Numbered from the stretch's first letter, positions 1 to 10,370 are shown. The stretch is DNA of 39,478 nucleotides from an uncultured Brachyspira sp. (GCA_964604385.1 CAZRYV010000001.1:1-39478), one strand, 5' to 3'. Notes: a model not told the origin generated them from the letters alone. Numbers and translations: made by a program.

Positions 1-5
1 TTCAT
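1..5 (-). CDS. Start of a gene running off the left edge of the window (ATG at 5-3)
   Basis: CAT at 3-5 lies 6 nt downstream of a consensus minus-strand promoter; only one full codon is visible. Confidence 0.45.
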
Positions 6-11
6 AAAAAT

Positions 12-39
12 ATTATAACAAAAATTACATGTTTGTCAA
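12..39 (-). promoter_or_regulatory. Sigma70-type promoter TTGACA-N16-TATAAT with extended TG
   Basis: Plus strand shows tgtcaa at 34-39 and attata at 12-17; the minus strand reads TG-T-TATAAT. Confidence 0.7.
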
Positions 40-184
40 AGTTTTGAGATTATAAAATATATTTCAATTAAATTTTTAATTATTATTTAATTTATATAAA
101 AGATTATATATGTCAAGTATTTTATTTATATTGAAATTATGATATAATACTCTATTAATCTACCACTGCTAAAAAGGATATATT

Positions 185-1321
185 ATGAAAATCAGGGAAG
201 CGTTAACTTTTGACGATGTTTTATTAGTTCCAAAAGAATCGGATATTTTGCCGAAAGATGTAAATTTAGAGAGAAAATTAACGAAAAGAATAACTTTAAA
301 AATTCCTTTAATCAGCTCGCCTATGGATACGATAACCGAACATAAAATGGCGATAGCTATGGCGTTATGCGGAGGACTCGGAGTTATACATAAAAACATG
401 TCTTTGGAAGCTCAAGCTAAAGAAGTTGAAATAGTAAAAAATTTTAACGAAATAGAAGATATAAACTCAAAAGTATCATCTGTGGCTAAACCAAGCGTGG
501 ATGAAAAAGGAAAATTATTGGCAGCGGCCGCCGTAGGAATTTCGGAAGACAGATATGAAAGAATAGAAAAACTTATCGAAGCGGGAGCGGATATAATAGT
601 TATCGACACGGCTCATGGACATTCTCAAAATGTTTTGAAAGCGATAAAAGAAATAAAAAAATTATATTCTAATATCGATTTAATCGCGGGAAATATCGCA
701 ACTTCGGACGGCGCTAAAGCGTTAATAGACGCGGGAGTTGACGCGATAAAAATAGGAATAGGAGCAGGTTCTATATGCACGACTAGAATAATAGCGGGAG
801 TCGGTGTTCCTCAACTTACGGCGATATCGGACGCTTCGGAAATTGCTAAAAAAAATAATATCGGTTCTATAGCGGATGGAGGAATAAAATATTCGGGAGA
901 TATAGTTAAAGCTTTCGCAATCGGAGCGGATGCAATAATGGCTGGAGGACTTTTTTCTTCGACTTACGAAGCTCCGGGCGATGTGATAATAATAGACGGA
1001 AAAAAATATAAGCCTTATAGAGGGATGGGTTCTGTCGGCGCTATGATTCAAGGAAGTAAAGACAGATATTTTCAAAGCGAAGTTGTAAATAAATCTAAAT
1101 TCGTTCCCGAAGGAATAGAGGGCGTGACGGAATATAAAGGACATGTCGCCGATGTTGTTTATCAGATTATAGGAGGAGTTCGAGCGGGAATGGGTTATGT
1201 TGGCGCCAAAACTATAAACGAACTTCAAGAAAAAGCGGAGTTCGTAAAAATAACCAATCAAGGTTTGGCAGAAAGTCATGTGCATGATGTAAAGATAACT
1301 TCAAAAGCTCCTAATTATTAA
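185..1321 (+). CDS. guaB: IMP dehydrogenase lacking the CBS subdomain
   Basis: Motifs [23 protein letters not shown], catalytic GSICTTR, ADGGI, YRGMGS, PEGIEG and ESHVHDV; RBS aagga upstream; only 378 aa. Confidence 0.97.
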   Translation: MKIREALTFDDVLLVPKESDILPKDVNLERKLTKRITLKIPLISSPMDTITEHKMAIAMALCGGLGVIHKNMSLEAQAKEVEIVKNFNEIEDINSKVSSVAKPSVDEKGKLLAAAAVGISEDRYERIEKLIEAGADIIVIDTAHGHSQNVLKAIKEIKKLYSNIDLIAGNIATSDGAKALIDAGVDAIKIGIGAGSICTTRIIAGVGVPQLTAISDASEIAKKNNIGSIADGGIKYSGDIVKAFAIGADAIMAGGLFSSTYEAPGDVIIIDGKKYKPYRGMGSVGAMIQGSKDRYFQSEVVNKSKFVPEGIEGVTEYKGHVADVVYQIIGGVRAGMGYVGAKTINELQEKAEFVKITNQGLAESHVHDVKITSKAPNY

Positions 1322-1351
1322 TATTTTATAATAATGGATAATTATATATTA

Positions 1352-3232
1352 TTACGGATTAAGTAATTTTTTCATTTCTTCGCCATGCTCCATTATTTTT
1401 TCTTTTCCCCACTCATCGTATGACATCATAATAGCTTGTTTAATACTATCAATATCTCTATTAAGATAATGTTCTTTTTTAGCTATTGGTAGGTTGTTAC
1501 TTAATTTTGAATTTTTACTTCTACTAATTAAACAAAGATTACCAAAATTATCTAATATTTCCTTATCTAAAGTTTTCCCGCTTAATGGATGCTGTGGATA
1601 ATAATGTTCGACGGAGCTTCTGAAAGTGAATTTAAAGTTTTTTATTTTTTGTAATATATTATCATTACCATTTATGTATTTTTTATAACAATCATCTTCC
1701 CATAATAAATAATCAAGATAGTTAAAAATAAAATGAGAAATACTTGTGCCTTTATTTAATATATTTTCACCGTTTTCATTTATTTTATTATATCTTTCTT
1801 TTGCTAATTTTTTAAGTTCATTTTGATAATTTTTTGCATCTATATTTTCTTCATTATATAGATATTTTAAAACATCGTTTAACCAATTTTTATAAACTAA
1901 TGTTGGATAAGAAGTATGAAACATAGACAAAAGCATTAATATTTTTTTATTAATATCTGTATCATTTTCATCATCGCTATCATTTTTAGAAAAACTATCT
2001 TTATAATTTGATTTTTCTTCAGATAATTTTAATTGTTTTAAACTCCAATTATCAGATTTAAGTTCTCTTTTAATAATGTATTTATCAAAAAGGAATTTTA
2101 TTTTTAACAAATTATAACCAAAAGATTTAATGAATTCTTTTAATTTTTCCTCATCTTCTTCATTTAAAAATTTATCGAATGTTTCTAATAATCTTTTATC
2201 ATCTAAAGGTATATCTTTATTAGTCTCTTGAATTTTTAAAACATGCAACAAGAAATTTGAAAAATTTATAATACTATTAAATCGTTCTTGTTCATCAGTA
2301 TCTTTATTATTATTATTAGTAGTAGTATCAGTATTTTCATTTTTATCAATAATATCTGTAATTTCTATTTTATTATCAATATTAAAACTATTATCTTTAT
2401 AATTATCTAATAGTTTATATAGTTCTTCCTCGTTTATTAAACTATTCCAATCTTTGCCAAAAATATTATTTCTCAAATCCTTTTTAAAACCAAATTGAAT
2501 ATAACGCTCCATATTACTGCAAGCTTCCCAAATTAAGTTAAATATATATTTGTCGTTATCACAGAGCTTTTCTAATAAACGGGCTTTAAGAATTTCATGC
2601 ATTTCTAATTGTTCACCTCGGCTATTCATTATTTCAAAATAATGGTTCAAATCAGTATCTTCCAATACCAAAACTTGTAATATCTTTATATTATTAAATA
2701 AATAATCAAAAAATTTAGTTTCGCTGTTTTTAAATTTTTCTTCTAATTTTTCTGATAATACATTTTTACAAATAGCATAACCTTCAATAATTGAATCTGA
2801 ATATTTATTATCTGTTACTTTATCAGGGTTATTGTAAAGAGCTTTTAATGTTTCTGTAGAATTTTTACGGCTATCAAATGTTAAATTTAATTTTAATTTT
2901 TCAGATTCAGATTTTTTAGATTCAGAAATATAATTTTTTAAATCTTCAGAAAAATAATCTTTAAACTCATTTTTTATAAGACTTAATAAAATAGATAAAG
3001 TAGTTAAGCGCTGTTGTCCATCTATTATTTCAAATAAACCGCCTCTATCATAAGTAATTAAAGTTCCTATGTAATAGTTATCAGTATTTTCACTAGCATC
3101 AGCTATATCTAAAATTAATTGCCTAATCTCTCCTTCGCTCCAAGCAAAGTTACGCTGATATATAGGAATAACATATTTATTATTTAACAATTCTTTAATA
3201 TTATATAATTGTAATTTTTCATCGCTGTGCAT
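1352..3232 (-). CDS. DUF262 (GmrS/ParB-like NTPase) + DUF1524 (HNH) GmrSD-family modification-dependent restriction protein, TgvB-like
   Basis: N-terminal [20 protein letters not shown] and FEIMNSRG; C-terminal SVEHYYPQ...[17 protein letters not shown] His-Me finger; RBS ggag upstream. Confidence 0.88.
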   Translation of the reverse strand: MHSDEKLQLYNIKELLNNKYVIPIYQRNFAWSEGEIRQLILDIADASENTDNYYIGTLITYDRGGLFEIIDGQQRLTTLSILLSLIKNEFKDYFSEDLKNYISESKKSESEKLKLNLTFDSRKNSTETLKALYNNPDKVTDNKYSDSIIEGYAICKNVLSEKLEEKFKNSETKFFDYLFNNIKILQVLVLEDTDLNHYFEIMNSRGEQLEMHEILKARLLEKLCDNDKYIFNLIWEACSNMERYIQFGFKKDLRNNIFGKDWNSLINEEELYKLLDNYKDNSFNIDNKIEITDIIDKNENTDTTTNNNNKDTDEQERFNSIINFSNFLLHVLKIQETNKDIPLDDKRLLETFDKFLNEEDEEKLKEFIKSFGYNLLKIKFLFDKYIIKRELKSDNWSLKQLKLSEEKSNYKDSFSKNDSDDENDTDINKKILMLLSMFHTSYPTLVYKNWLNDVLKYLYNEENIDAKNYQNELKKLAKERYNKINENGENILNKGTSISHFIFNYLDYLLWEDDCYKKYINGNDNILQKIKNFKFTFRSSVEHYYPQHPLSGKTLDKEILDNFGNLCLISRSKNSKLSNNLPIAKKEHYLNRDIDSIKQAIMMSYDEWGKEKIMEHGEEMKKLLNP

Positions 3233-3246
3233 AGTATTTTAACTCC

Positions 3247-4536
3247 TTAAATAAATTTTTTAAGTTCTTCTATTTTAGAAGCCTTAATTTCCTCTTCTTT
3301 AATTGAATTTAAATTCAAATTTAATATTTCTTTATGGTTAATAGAATAATAAAGTTTTCTAAAAACCGATTTCTCATCTTTAGCATAGTTATCAACTGAA
3401 ACTAATTTTACTGAATATTGTTTTAAACGCAAAGTATATGCCCAAATAAATAACTTCTTTATGGCTTTGTCTAAATCAATTCTACCAAATTTATCAATAT
3501 AATAAACCAAAGCGCAATTAAATAAATTACGAACATACTTATCGCCTATCCTATTGTGTCCTTCATATGTATCAAGAGTATCTAAAATATCACATTCAAT
3601 ATCTTTTTTAATACCATTATTTTCACTATTTTTAACATATCTTTTTAAATTATTGTAATGAATAATCATTTCAAAAAATCTTTTACCGTTAATAATTATT
3701 TGGTCAATTTGAAAAGGATAATCAAAATAGAAATTATTAACTCTTTCTGCTTCATTTTGCTTATTCACATAATAATTATTAATTTGTAATTGTTTCATAA
3801 AAGGGTAGTTTTGAGTTTCTAAATTTACTCCTTTAAAAATGTCTATATCATTTTTAGTAAAATAATATGCCGAACTGCCTTTGCTCCAATTTTTTATTTT
3901 AAAAAGATAATCAGAAAATAAATTAGATAATTCTTTACTTTCTAAATTTTCCCACTCTTCTACAATTTTAATCCTTTCATCTTCGGTGGAAAAATTATTC
4001 ATCTCTCTTAAATGAAAAGCCTTAAGCAAATCATGAGGTTCAAGTTCCTTACCTCTAGCATTTTGAGAATCAAAAAATTGAAAAGCTTCTTGCACATTGT
4101 CAATCACAACTTTTACTAATTCGCATTTAGTTAGAAAGAAATCAATATCAGAATTATCAAATTCTTCTATGCGTTTTTCTATTACATTATAGTTGGCTTT
4201 AATATTATTTTTAGAAATTATATTATCAGGTATCTTAAGTATATTATGATTTAAAAAATTAATTTTATTATTTAATTTTTCAGACCTATTTAAAGCAATA
4301 GCTAATAAAAAAATTGTAATTACTCGTTGTTGCCCGTCAACTATATTTAAATTCGTTTTATCATCATGCAAAACAAGAGTTCCTAAACGATAACCTTTTT
4401 TATCCTTATGAAATAAAATATCATCAATAAGCTGATTAACATTTTTTATTTTCAACTTATAAGGTCGCTGATAATTTGGAATTTCAAAATTTTTAATCTC
4501 TAATAACTCTTTTATTGTTATTATACCTTTCTGCAT
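3247..4536 (-). CDS. DUF262 domain protein without an HNH domain, TgvA-like partner
   Basis: Motifs IPNYQRPY, GTLVLH, IVDGQQR and FDSQNARGKEL...DLLKA; RBS gagg; 14-nt gap to the next gene. Confidence 0.85.
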   Translation of the reverse strand: MQKGIITIKELLEIKNFEIPNYQRPYKLKIKNVNQLIDDILFHKDKKGYRLGTLVLHDDKTNLNIVDGQQRVITIFLLAIALNRSEKLNNKINFLNHNILKIPDNIISKNNIKANYNVIEKRIEEFDNSDIDFFLTKCELVKVVIDNVQEAFQFFDSQNARGKELEPHDLLKAFHLREMNNFSTEDERIKIVEEWENLESKELSNLFSDYLFKIKNWSKGSSAYYFTKNDIDIFKGVNLETQNYPFMKQLQINNYYVNKQNEAERVNNFYFDYPFQIDQIIINGKRFFEMIIHYNNLKRYVKNSENNGIKKDIECDILDTLDTYEGHNRIGDKYVRNLFNCALVYYIDKFGRIDLDKAIKKLFIWAYTLRLKQYSVKLVSVDNYAKDEKSVFRKLYYSINHKEILNLNLNSIKEEEIKASKIEELKKFI

Positions 4537-4779
4537 ATAGTAATCCTCAAATTATAATTTAATAACTATTATTATTTTATCAATTAAACTAATATATTGA
4601 GAGTTTGTCAAGAAATTATTTTAACTACTTTGTTTATTATTTTTTAATACGCTTCTATAATGACTGTCAGCATTTTGCGATAAAAATAACGAATAATTTA
4701 TAAACCCTTGATTTTTTTTATTTAACAAATATAATAAAACATTAAAATATTTATAAATATTTATTTAAGAGGGGATTAT

Positions 4780-5454
4780 ATGTCTGACAAAATTTCAAAA
4801 TTTCAAAAGAATGCCGAATTGGTTTTTACATTTATCTACAATAATAGAATGATAATTATATCGGCGTTCGTTTTGATTATAGTTATAACCGCAGGAATTT
4901 TAATTTACCAAATGAATATTGAAAAGCAGGATAAAACGATTAATTCCGAATTCGAAACGGCATTTGCATTTTACAGTCAAATATCGCAAGAACAACTTAC
5001 CGAGCCTGCCATTGTGGTGGAAATAACTACAAGATTTCAAAAAGTTTACAGAGAAGCGAAAGGTGAAACTTTGAAATTAAGAGCGGCTTATTCTTTAGGT
5101 TCGATTTATTATGATTTAGGCAATTATTCTGAAGCGCAGAAATATTATAAGGAAGTCGCGGGCAAAAGAGGTTTTTATTTGCAAGAAAGCGCCATTTATA
5201 ATTTGGCAAACTCTCAAATCGAATTAACGAATTATACGGAAGCGGTTAACACTTTGGAGAATTTTGTCAAAGCTTATCCGAATAGTTATTTGAATCCGCA
5301 GGCGACTTTAACTTTGTCGGATGTTTATAGAAAGCAAAACGATAAAATAAAATCGATAAATGTTTTAAGAAATTGGATGAATAATAATACTAATAATCAG
5401 TATTTAAATATATTTTCAGAAACCATAAATCTTATAGAAAATAATATTTATTAA
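4780..5454 (+). CDS. Membrane-anchored TPR protein (YfgM-like)
   Basis: N-terminal TM helix (IIISAFVLIIVITAGILIY) followed by TPR motifs (AAYSLGSIYYDLGNYSEA, YPNSYL); RBS gagggg. Confidence 0.75.
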   Translation: MSDKISKFQKNAELVFTFIYNNRMIIISAFVLIIVITAGILIYQMNIEKQDKTINSEFETAFAFYSQISQEQLTEPAIVVEITTRFQKVYREAKGETLKLRAAYSLGSIYYDLGNYSEAQKYYKEVAGKRGFYLQESAIYNLANSQIELTNYTEAVNTLENFVKAYPNSYLNPQATLTLSDVYRKQNDKIKSINVLRNWMNNNTNNQYLNIFSETINLIENNIY

Positions 5455-5518
5455 TAATTTGTAATTTTTTATGTTTAAATAATTTGATTTAAATAATTTT
5501 TTAATTAAGGAAATAAAT

Positions 5519-7207
5519 TTGAATAAAGATGCGCCTCTAATAGTTCAGGGAGACGGCACTATTCTTTTGGATGTAAGCGCTAGGGATTTTGAAGAAATAA
5601 GAAATTTTATGCTTGTTTTTGCCGAGCTTCTTAAAAGTCCCGAATATATACACACTTACAGAATTACTTTGGTGTCTTTATGGAATGCGGCGAGTTTGAA
5701 TTATACTTCGCAGTCTATTATAGATTTTCTGAAAAAATATACTTCTTATGAAATACCAAAAAATATAATCAAGCAAATAAAAACGAGTATAGAAAAATAT
5801 GGAAAAGTAAAAATAATAAAAGAAGATGAAAAATATTATTTGATAAGCGACGATAGAGATATTATAGACGAAATTTTACATTATAAAGCCGTTGTAAAAT
5901 ATATAAAAAAAGAAATAGATGATAATAAAATAGAGATAGACCCGATTTATAGAGGACATATAAAACTTGCTCTAATAAATATCGGTTATCCCGTGCAGGA
6001 TTTGGCGGGATATAAAGAGGGCGAAGAATATCGTTTTAATTTGAGAGAAAAATTGATTTCGAGCGGAGAGAATTTTGTTTTAAGGGATTATCAGAAAAAT
6101 TCTGCGGACGCTTTTTATGCAAACGGCAAACCGGAAGGCGGCGCTGGAGTCATATCTTTGCCATGCGGAACGGGTAAAACCATCGTTGGTTTGGATATTA
6201 TGCATAGAATACAAAATAAAACCCTTATAATAGTGACGGGAGTGACAGCTTGTAGACAATGGAGAGAGGAAATACTCGATAAAACCGATATTCCTCCCGA
6301 AGATATAGGAGAATATAACGGATTAAATAAAGAAATAAAACCGATAACTATCGCTACTTATAAAATATTAACTTACAGAAAAAATAAAGAATCTCCTTTC
6401 GTGCATTTTGAAATATTTTTTCGTAAGAATTGGGGGCTTGTAATATATGACGAAGTTCATTTGCTTCCCGCTCCGATAATAAAACTCACAAGCGAAATAC
6501 AAAGTATGCGAAGACTCGGACTTACGGCGACTCTTATAAGAGAAGATGGACTCGAAAAAGATGTTTTTTGTTTAATTGGTCCTAAAAAATTCGATATGCC
6601 TTGGAGAGAACTTGAAGAGAAAAAATTTATAGCGGAAGCTTACTGCTACGATATAAGAATACCGTTGGACGAAAGTCATAGAGAAGATTATATAATTTCA
6701 AGCGATAAAATAAAATTTAGAATAGCGAGCGAAAATATATTAAAATACGATATCGTAAAAAAAATAATAGAAAAACTTAAAGGAAAAAATATCTTGATTA
6801 TCGGGCAGTATTTGTCGCAGCTTGACGAGATGCAAAAAAGAACAGGTTATACGATAATAACGGGAAAAACTCCTCAAAGCGAGAGAGATATTATATATAA
6901 GAAATTTAAATCGGGCGAGATAAAAATTCTTATAGTAAGCAAAGTCGCTAATTTGGCGGTTGATTTGCCTGACGCCAATGTTTTGATACAAATATCGGGG
7001 ACTTTCGGCTCGAGGCAGGAAGAGGCTCAGAGATTGGGGAGAGTTTTGCGTCCTAAAAAAGGTGAAAATAAAAGTTATTTCTTTTCTATTATTACAAACG
7101 ACACGAAAGAAGAAGATTTTTCGCATAAAAGACAATTATTCCTCACAGAACAAGGTTATCATTACGAATTATTGGATAAAGATTCTTTTGAAGATTTGGA
7201 ATTTTAG
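5519..7207 (+). CDS. Bacterial XPB/Rad25-family SF2 DNA helicase
   Basis: N-terminal PLIVQGDGTILL and LKSPEYIHTYRIT; Walker A LPCGTGKT; DEVH; GLTAT..REDG; SGTFGSRQEEAQRLGR; TTG start with RBS aagga. Confidence 0.93.
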   Translation: MNKDAPLIVQGDGTILLDVSARDFEEIRNFMLVFAELLKSPEYIHTYRITLVSLWNAASLNYTSQSIIDFLKKYTSYEIPKNIIKQIKTSIEKYGKVKIIKEDEKYYLISDDRDIIDEILHYKAVVKYIKKEIDDNKIEIDPIYRGHIKLALINIGYPVQDLAGYKEGEEYRFNLREKLISSGENFVLRDYQKNSADAFYANGKPEGGAGVISLPCGTGKTIVGLDIMHRIQNKTLIIVTGVTACRQWREEILDKTDIPPEDIGEYNGLNKEIKPITIATYKILTYRKNKESPFVHFEIFFRKNWGLVIYDEVHLLPAPIIKLTSEIQSMRRLGLTATLIREDGLEKDVFCLIGPKKFDMPWRELEEKKFIAEAYCYDIRIPLDESHREDYIISSDKIKFRIASENILKYDIVKKIIEKLKGKNILIIGQYLSQLDEMQKRTGYTIITGKTPQSERDIIYKKFKSGEIKILIVSKVANLAVDLPDANVLIQISGTFGSRQEEAQRLGRVLRPKKGENKSYFFSIITNDTKEEDFSHKRQLFLTEQGYHYELLDKDSFEDLEF

Positions 7208-7339
7208 AATTTGTAAAAAATAAATAATTAACTTCAAAAGTTCTAAATATCATAATGGAGAGGGTTTTATAATTGATTAAATTTTTTAAGAGGCAATAAT
7301 TTTTAACAAAAATATCTTAAATAAGGTTTAAATAAAATA

Positions 7340-7368
7340 TTGACTTTTTAATTAATTTGATATATTAT
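7340..7368 (+). promoter_or_regulatory. Sigma70-type promoter for tRNA-Cys
   Basis: TTGACT(7340-45)-N17-TATTAT(7363-68). Confidence 0.6.
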
Positions 7369-7389
7369 TAATTATTCTAAAAAGTAAAA

Positions 7390-7461
7390 GGCGACGTAGC
7401 CAAGTGGTAAGGCAGGAGTCTGCAAAACTCTTATTCAACGGTTCAAATCCGTTCGTCGCCT
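7390..7461 (+). tRNA. tRNA-Cys (GCA)
   Basis: Acceptor stem GGCGACG/CGTCGCC; D-arm TAGCCAAGTGGTAAGGC; anticodon loop CT-GCA-AA; T-loop GTTCAAATC; discriminator U, typical of Cys; full CCA not encoded. Confidence 0.96.
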
Positions 7462-7474
7462 CATTTTTTCAATT

Positions 7475-9364
7475 ATGAATGATATTCGATTAATAAAAAT
7501 TTTTATAACGGTATTTTTCGCTCTTACCGTAGCTATTTTAATTAAACTTATTGATTTAACGATTGTAAATGCAAAATCTTTGGATACTTTGGAAATTTCA
7601 AATAAACCTCGCGGAATAATATACGATTCTAAAATGCGTCCTCTTACGATTAACATACCTGCATACACCGTATATATCGACACACAGTCGGTTAAATTGG
7701 ACGGTAAAGACGGAACCGATATTAACGAAGGTTATGATAAAATATTTGGCATTATAGGAATAACGAAAGAAAAATTTAACGATTATCTTAAAACCAAAAG
7801 AAGAACCATAAGATTGATGCAAAATTTATCTTTGGATTCTTATAATAAAATTAGAGAAGTAAAAAATGAATACGGAATAAGAAGCATATACGGCATAGAA
7901 AGTTATAAAAGATTCTATCCTTATAACGATATTTTTGCTCATATAATCGGATACATGAATAAAACCGAAACGGAAGGCTATGCGGGACTTGAGGCAAGTT
8001 ATGAGAATATACTTTCTTCGGAAAATGATAATCCGAAAGATTTGATATTGACTTTGGATAGAGATATACAAACTATAGTTAGAAACGAGGTTTTGAAAAC
8101 AGTCGCAGAAAAATCGCCACAATCGGTAACTTTTATAGTATCCGATGTTGAAACGGGAGCCATAATAGCGAATTATTCTTATCCTTCTTTCGACCCGAAT
8201 AATCCTTTCGCTTACATTAATAACGAAAGACTCGATAGAAGTATAATGAGCACGATATATCCGGGTTCTACTATGAAAATTTTTGCAGAACTCGCCGCTA
8301 TGGAGCAGGGAGTAGTAAATAGAGACGAGAGATTTTACTGCAGAGGTTATTACGATTATAGTCCGCAGACGAGAATTCATTGCGATTATCCGCATGGAAA
8401 TATAGTTTTCGATGATATATTAAAATATAGTTGCAATTTTGCAATAGTTACGATAGCCGAAAGAATAGACAGAAAATTCTTTTACGATTATTTAAAAAGA
8501 TTCGGTTTCGGAGATAAAACGCATGTTGGACCTTATAAAAACGAATGGAGCGGAATATATCATGAATTAAATAAATGGCATAGATTTTCTAGAGGTTATT
8601 TGGCTATAGGCTATGATTTAAGCGTTACTCCGATGCAAATAGCGTCCGCTTATCTTCCTCTTTTAAATGGCGGTTATAAAGTTCCTATGCATGTGGCGGA
8701 TTCTGTATATAGCAGCGGCGAAAAAATAAGTTTAACGAACGGATTAAAAAAAGAAAGAATAATAGAATCTCAATATTCTCAAATTGCAAGAGTTCTTTTA
8801 AGAAAAGGGGTAGAATCAGGTTCTACGGGACATAGAGCGAATTTGCTTAATATAGATGTGGTTGGAAAGACAGGAACGGCTATAACGGAAGTTTTTAGAG
8901 GAGGTTCCGATGGCAAACCCGAAAAATATTATCAGTCAATATTTATCGGCGGATTTCCTTTGGAGAATCCTAAAGTTTCAATATTGGTTTTATTGGAAGA
9001 CCCGCAAGGAAATGGAGCGCGGGCTGCGGGTAGGGTAGCCACTCCTCTTTTTGCTCAAGTTGCAAATCAAATAATACCTTATTTGGGACTTGGAGACGGT
9101 GAGATACATACCATAAATACGAACGAATTTTTATCTTTAATTCCTATTGTAGGCGAAAACTCCACCAATATAATGCCCGATTTAACCGAATTGTCTTTAA
9201 GAGACGCTTTAAATGATATATCGTTTATAGTGACGAATAATAATGCAAAAATAATTATACAGGGCGAAGGTTATGTTTCGGAATTTTCTCCTTCGGCGGG
9301 AACAGTTATAACAAACGATTCGGTGATAAGATTAATACTTCAGCCTCCTAAAAGAGCAAACTAA
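7475..9364 (+). CDS. Class B penicillin-binding protein (FtsI/PBP2x-like) with C-terminal PASTA domain
   Basis: N-terminal TM; RGIIYD; R.YP; GLE; transpeptidase motifs STMK, SCN and KTGTA; PASTA-like MPDLTELSLRDA...GEGYV. Confidence 0.92.
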   Translation: MNDIRLIKIFITVFFALTVAILIKLIDLTIVNAKSLDTLEISNKPRGIIYDSKMRPLTINIPAYTVYIDTQSVKLDGKDGTDINEGYDKIFGIIGITKEKFNDYLKTKRRTIRLMQNLSLDSYNKIREVKNEYGIRSIYGIESYKRFYPYNDIFAHIIGYMNKTETEGYAGLEASYENILSSENDNPKDLILTLDRDIQTIVRNEVLKTVAEKSPQSVTFIVSDVETGAIIANYSYPSFDPNNPFAYINNERLDRSIMSTIYPGSTMKIFAELAAMEQGVVNRDERFYCRGYYDYSPQTRIHCDYPHGNIVFDDILKYSCNFAIVTIAERIDRKFFYDYLKRFGFGDKTHVGPYKNEWSGIYHELNKWHRFSRGYLAIGYDLSVTPMQIASAYLPLLNGGYKVPMHVADSVYSSGEKISLTNGLKKERIIESQYSQIARVLLRKGVESGSTGHRANLLNIDVVGKTGTAITEVFRGGSDGKPEKYYQSIFIGGFPLENPKVSILVLLEDPQGNGARAAGRVATPLFAQVANQIIPYLGLGDGEIHTINTNEFLSLIPIVGENSTNIMPDLTELSLRDALNDISFIVTNNNAKIIIQGEGYVSEFSPSAGTVITNDSVIRLILQPPKRAN

Positions 9365-9429
9365 AAAACTAAAATAATAAAATATAAAATTAAAATAAAT
9401 TAAAATAATAATAAATAAAAGGAATTTTT

Positions 9430-10347
9430 ATGAATAAAATACTTGTTTTTGGAGAGCTTTTATACGATGTTTATGACGATATCGCCGTTATAGGTGGAGC
9501 GCCTTTTAATTATTCCGTTCAGTTATCTAGATTAATATCCAAAGAAGACAATTTAAAATTTATAACCGCATTGGGAAAAGACGATTTCTCTAAAGACGCT
9601 ATTAAATTTATCGAAAACGAAAATATAGATTCCTCTCTTATACAAATTCTTGATAATTATGAAACGGGAAAGGCTACGGTATTTATGAACGAAGATAAAA
9701 TTCCCGATTATATAATACATGAAAATGTCGCTTGGGATAATATAGAATATAATTCTGATATAGAAAATATTTTAAAAGAAAAATACGATTTGTTTTATTT
9801 TAATATACTTTCTTGCAGAAGCGAAAAATCTTACAATACTTTAAAAAATATATTTAAAAATATCGATTCAAAATATAAAGTTTGCGATGTCACTTTTAGA
9901 AAAAATTATTATACAAAAGAAAAAATAAAAGAAGCTTTGGATTTTATAAATATTCTAAAAATTAACGATGACGAACTTCTAACCATAAAAAATTTATTAT
10001 ATCCGTCTTTAAAAATAGATTTAAAAAACGACAACGAAACATTGTTAAGAAATTTAAATAAAGATTTTAATATAGATTATATATTTTTAACTTTAGGAAA
10101 AGAAGGCGCCGCTTCGTTTTACAATGACGAATATATATTTAAACATTCCAATAAAATTAAAGTAGTCGACACGGTGGGAGCGGGAGATTCTTTTTGCGCC
10201 GCTTTAAGTTACGCTATATTAAAAAAAGCAAATATTAAAAAAAATTTGGAATTTGCATCCGCAGTTTCGGAAGAGATGATTCAAGTTAAAGGCGGAACGG
10301 CAAAATATAATATAAAAGCCGTAAAAGAAAAATTTAATATGGAATAA
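9430..10347 (+). CDS. PfkB-family carbohydrate kinase (fructokinase-like)
   Basis: Motifs FGELLYD, GGAPFN, LKINDDE, TLGKEGA and VVDTVGAGDSF. Confidence 0.92.
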   Translation: MNKILVFGELLYDVYDDIAVIGGAPFNYSVQLSRLISKEDNLKFITALGKDDFSKDAIKFIENENIDSSLIQILDNYETGKATVFMNEDKIPDYIIHENVAWDNIEYNSDIENILKEKYDLFYFNILSCRSEKSYNTLKNIFKNIDSKYKVCDVTFRKNYYTKEKIKEALDFINILKINDDELLTIKNLLYPSLKIDLKNDNETLLRNLNKDFNIDYIFLTLGKEGAASFYNDEYIFKHSNKIKVVDTVGAGDSFCAALSYAILKKANIKKNLEFASAVSEEMIQVKGGTAKYNIKAVKEKFNME

Positions 10348-10370
10348 AAATTATAATTAATATTTGAATT

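Noticed and set aside
2308-2327. TAT/TAG trinucleotide run encoding TTTNNNN in the DUF262-HNH gene
   Set aside because: In-frame low-complexity linker; slippage would not shift the frame.
4621-4728. 35-codon minus-strand ORF upstream of the DUF262 pair
   Set aside because: TTG start without SD, overlaps the divergent promoter and has no recognisable motif; could be a relic but is unsupported.
7390-7461. tRNA-Cys as an island integration site
   Set aside because: No duplicated tRNA 3' end and no integrase seen; flanking genes are housekeeping.
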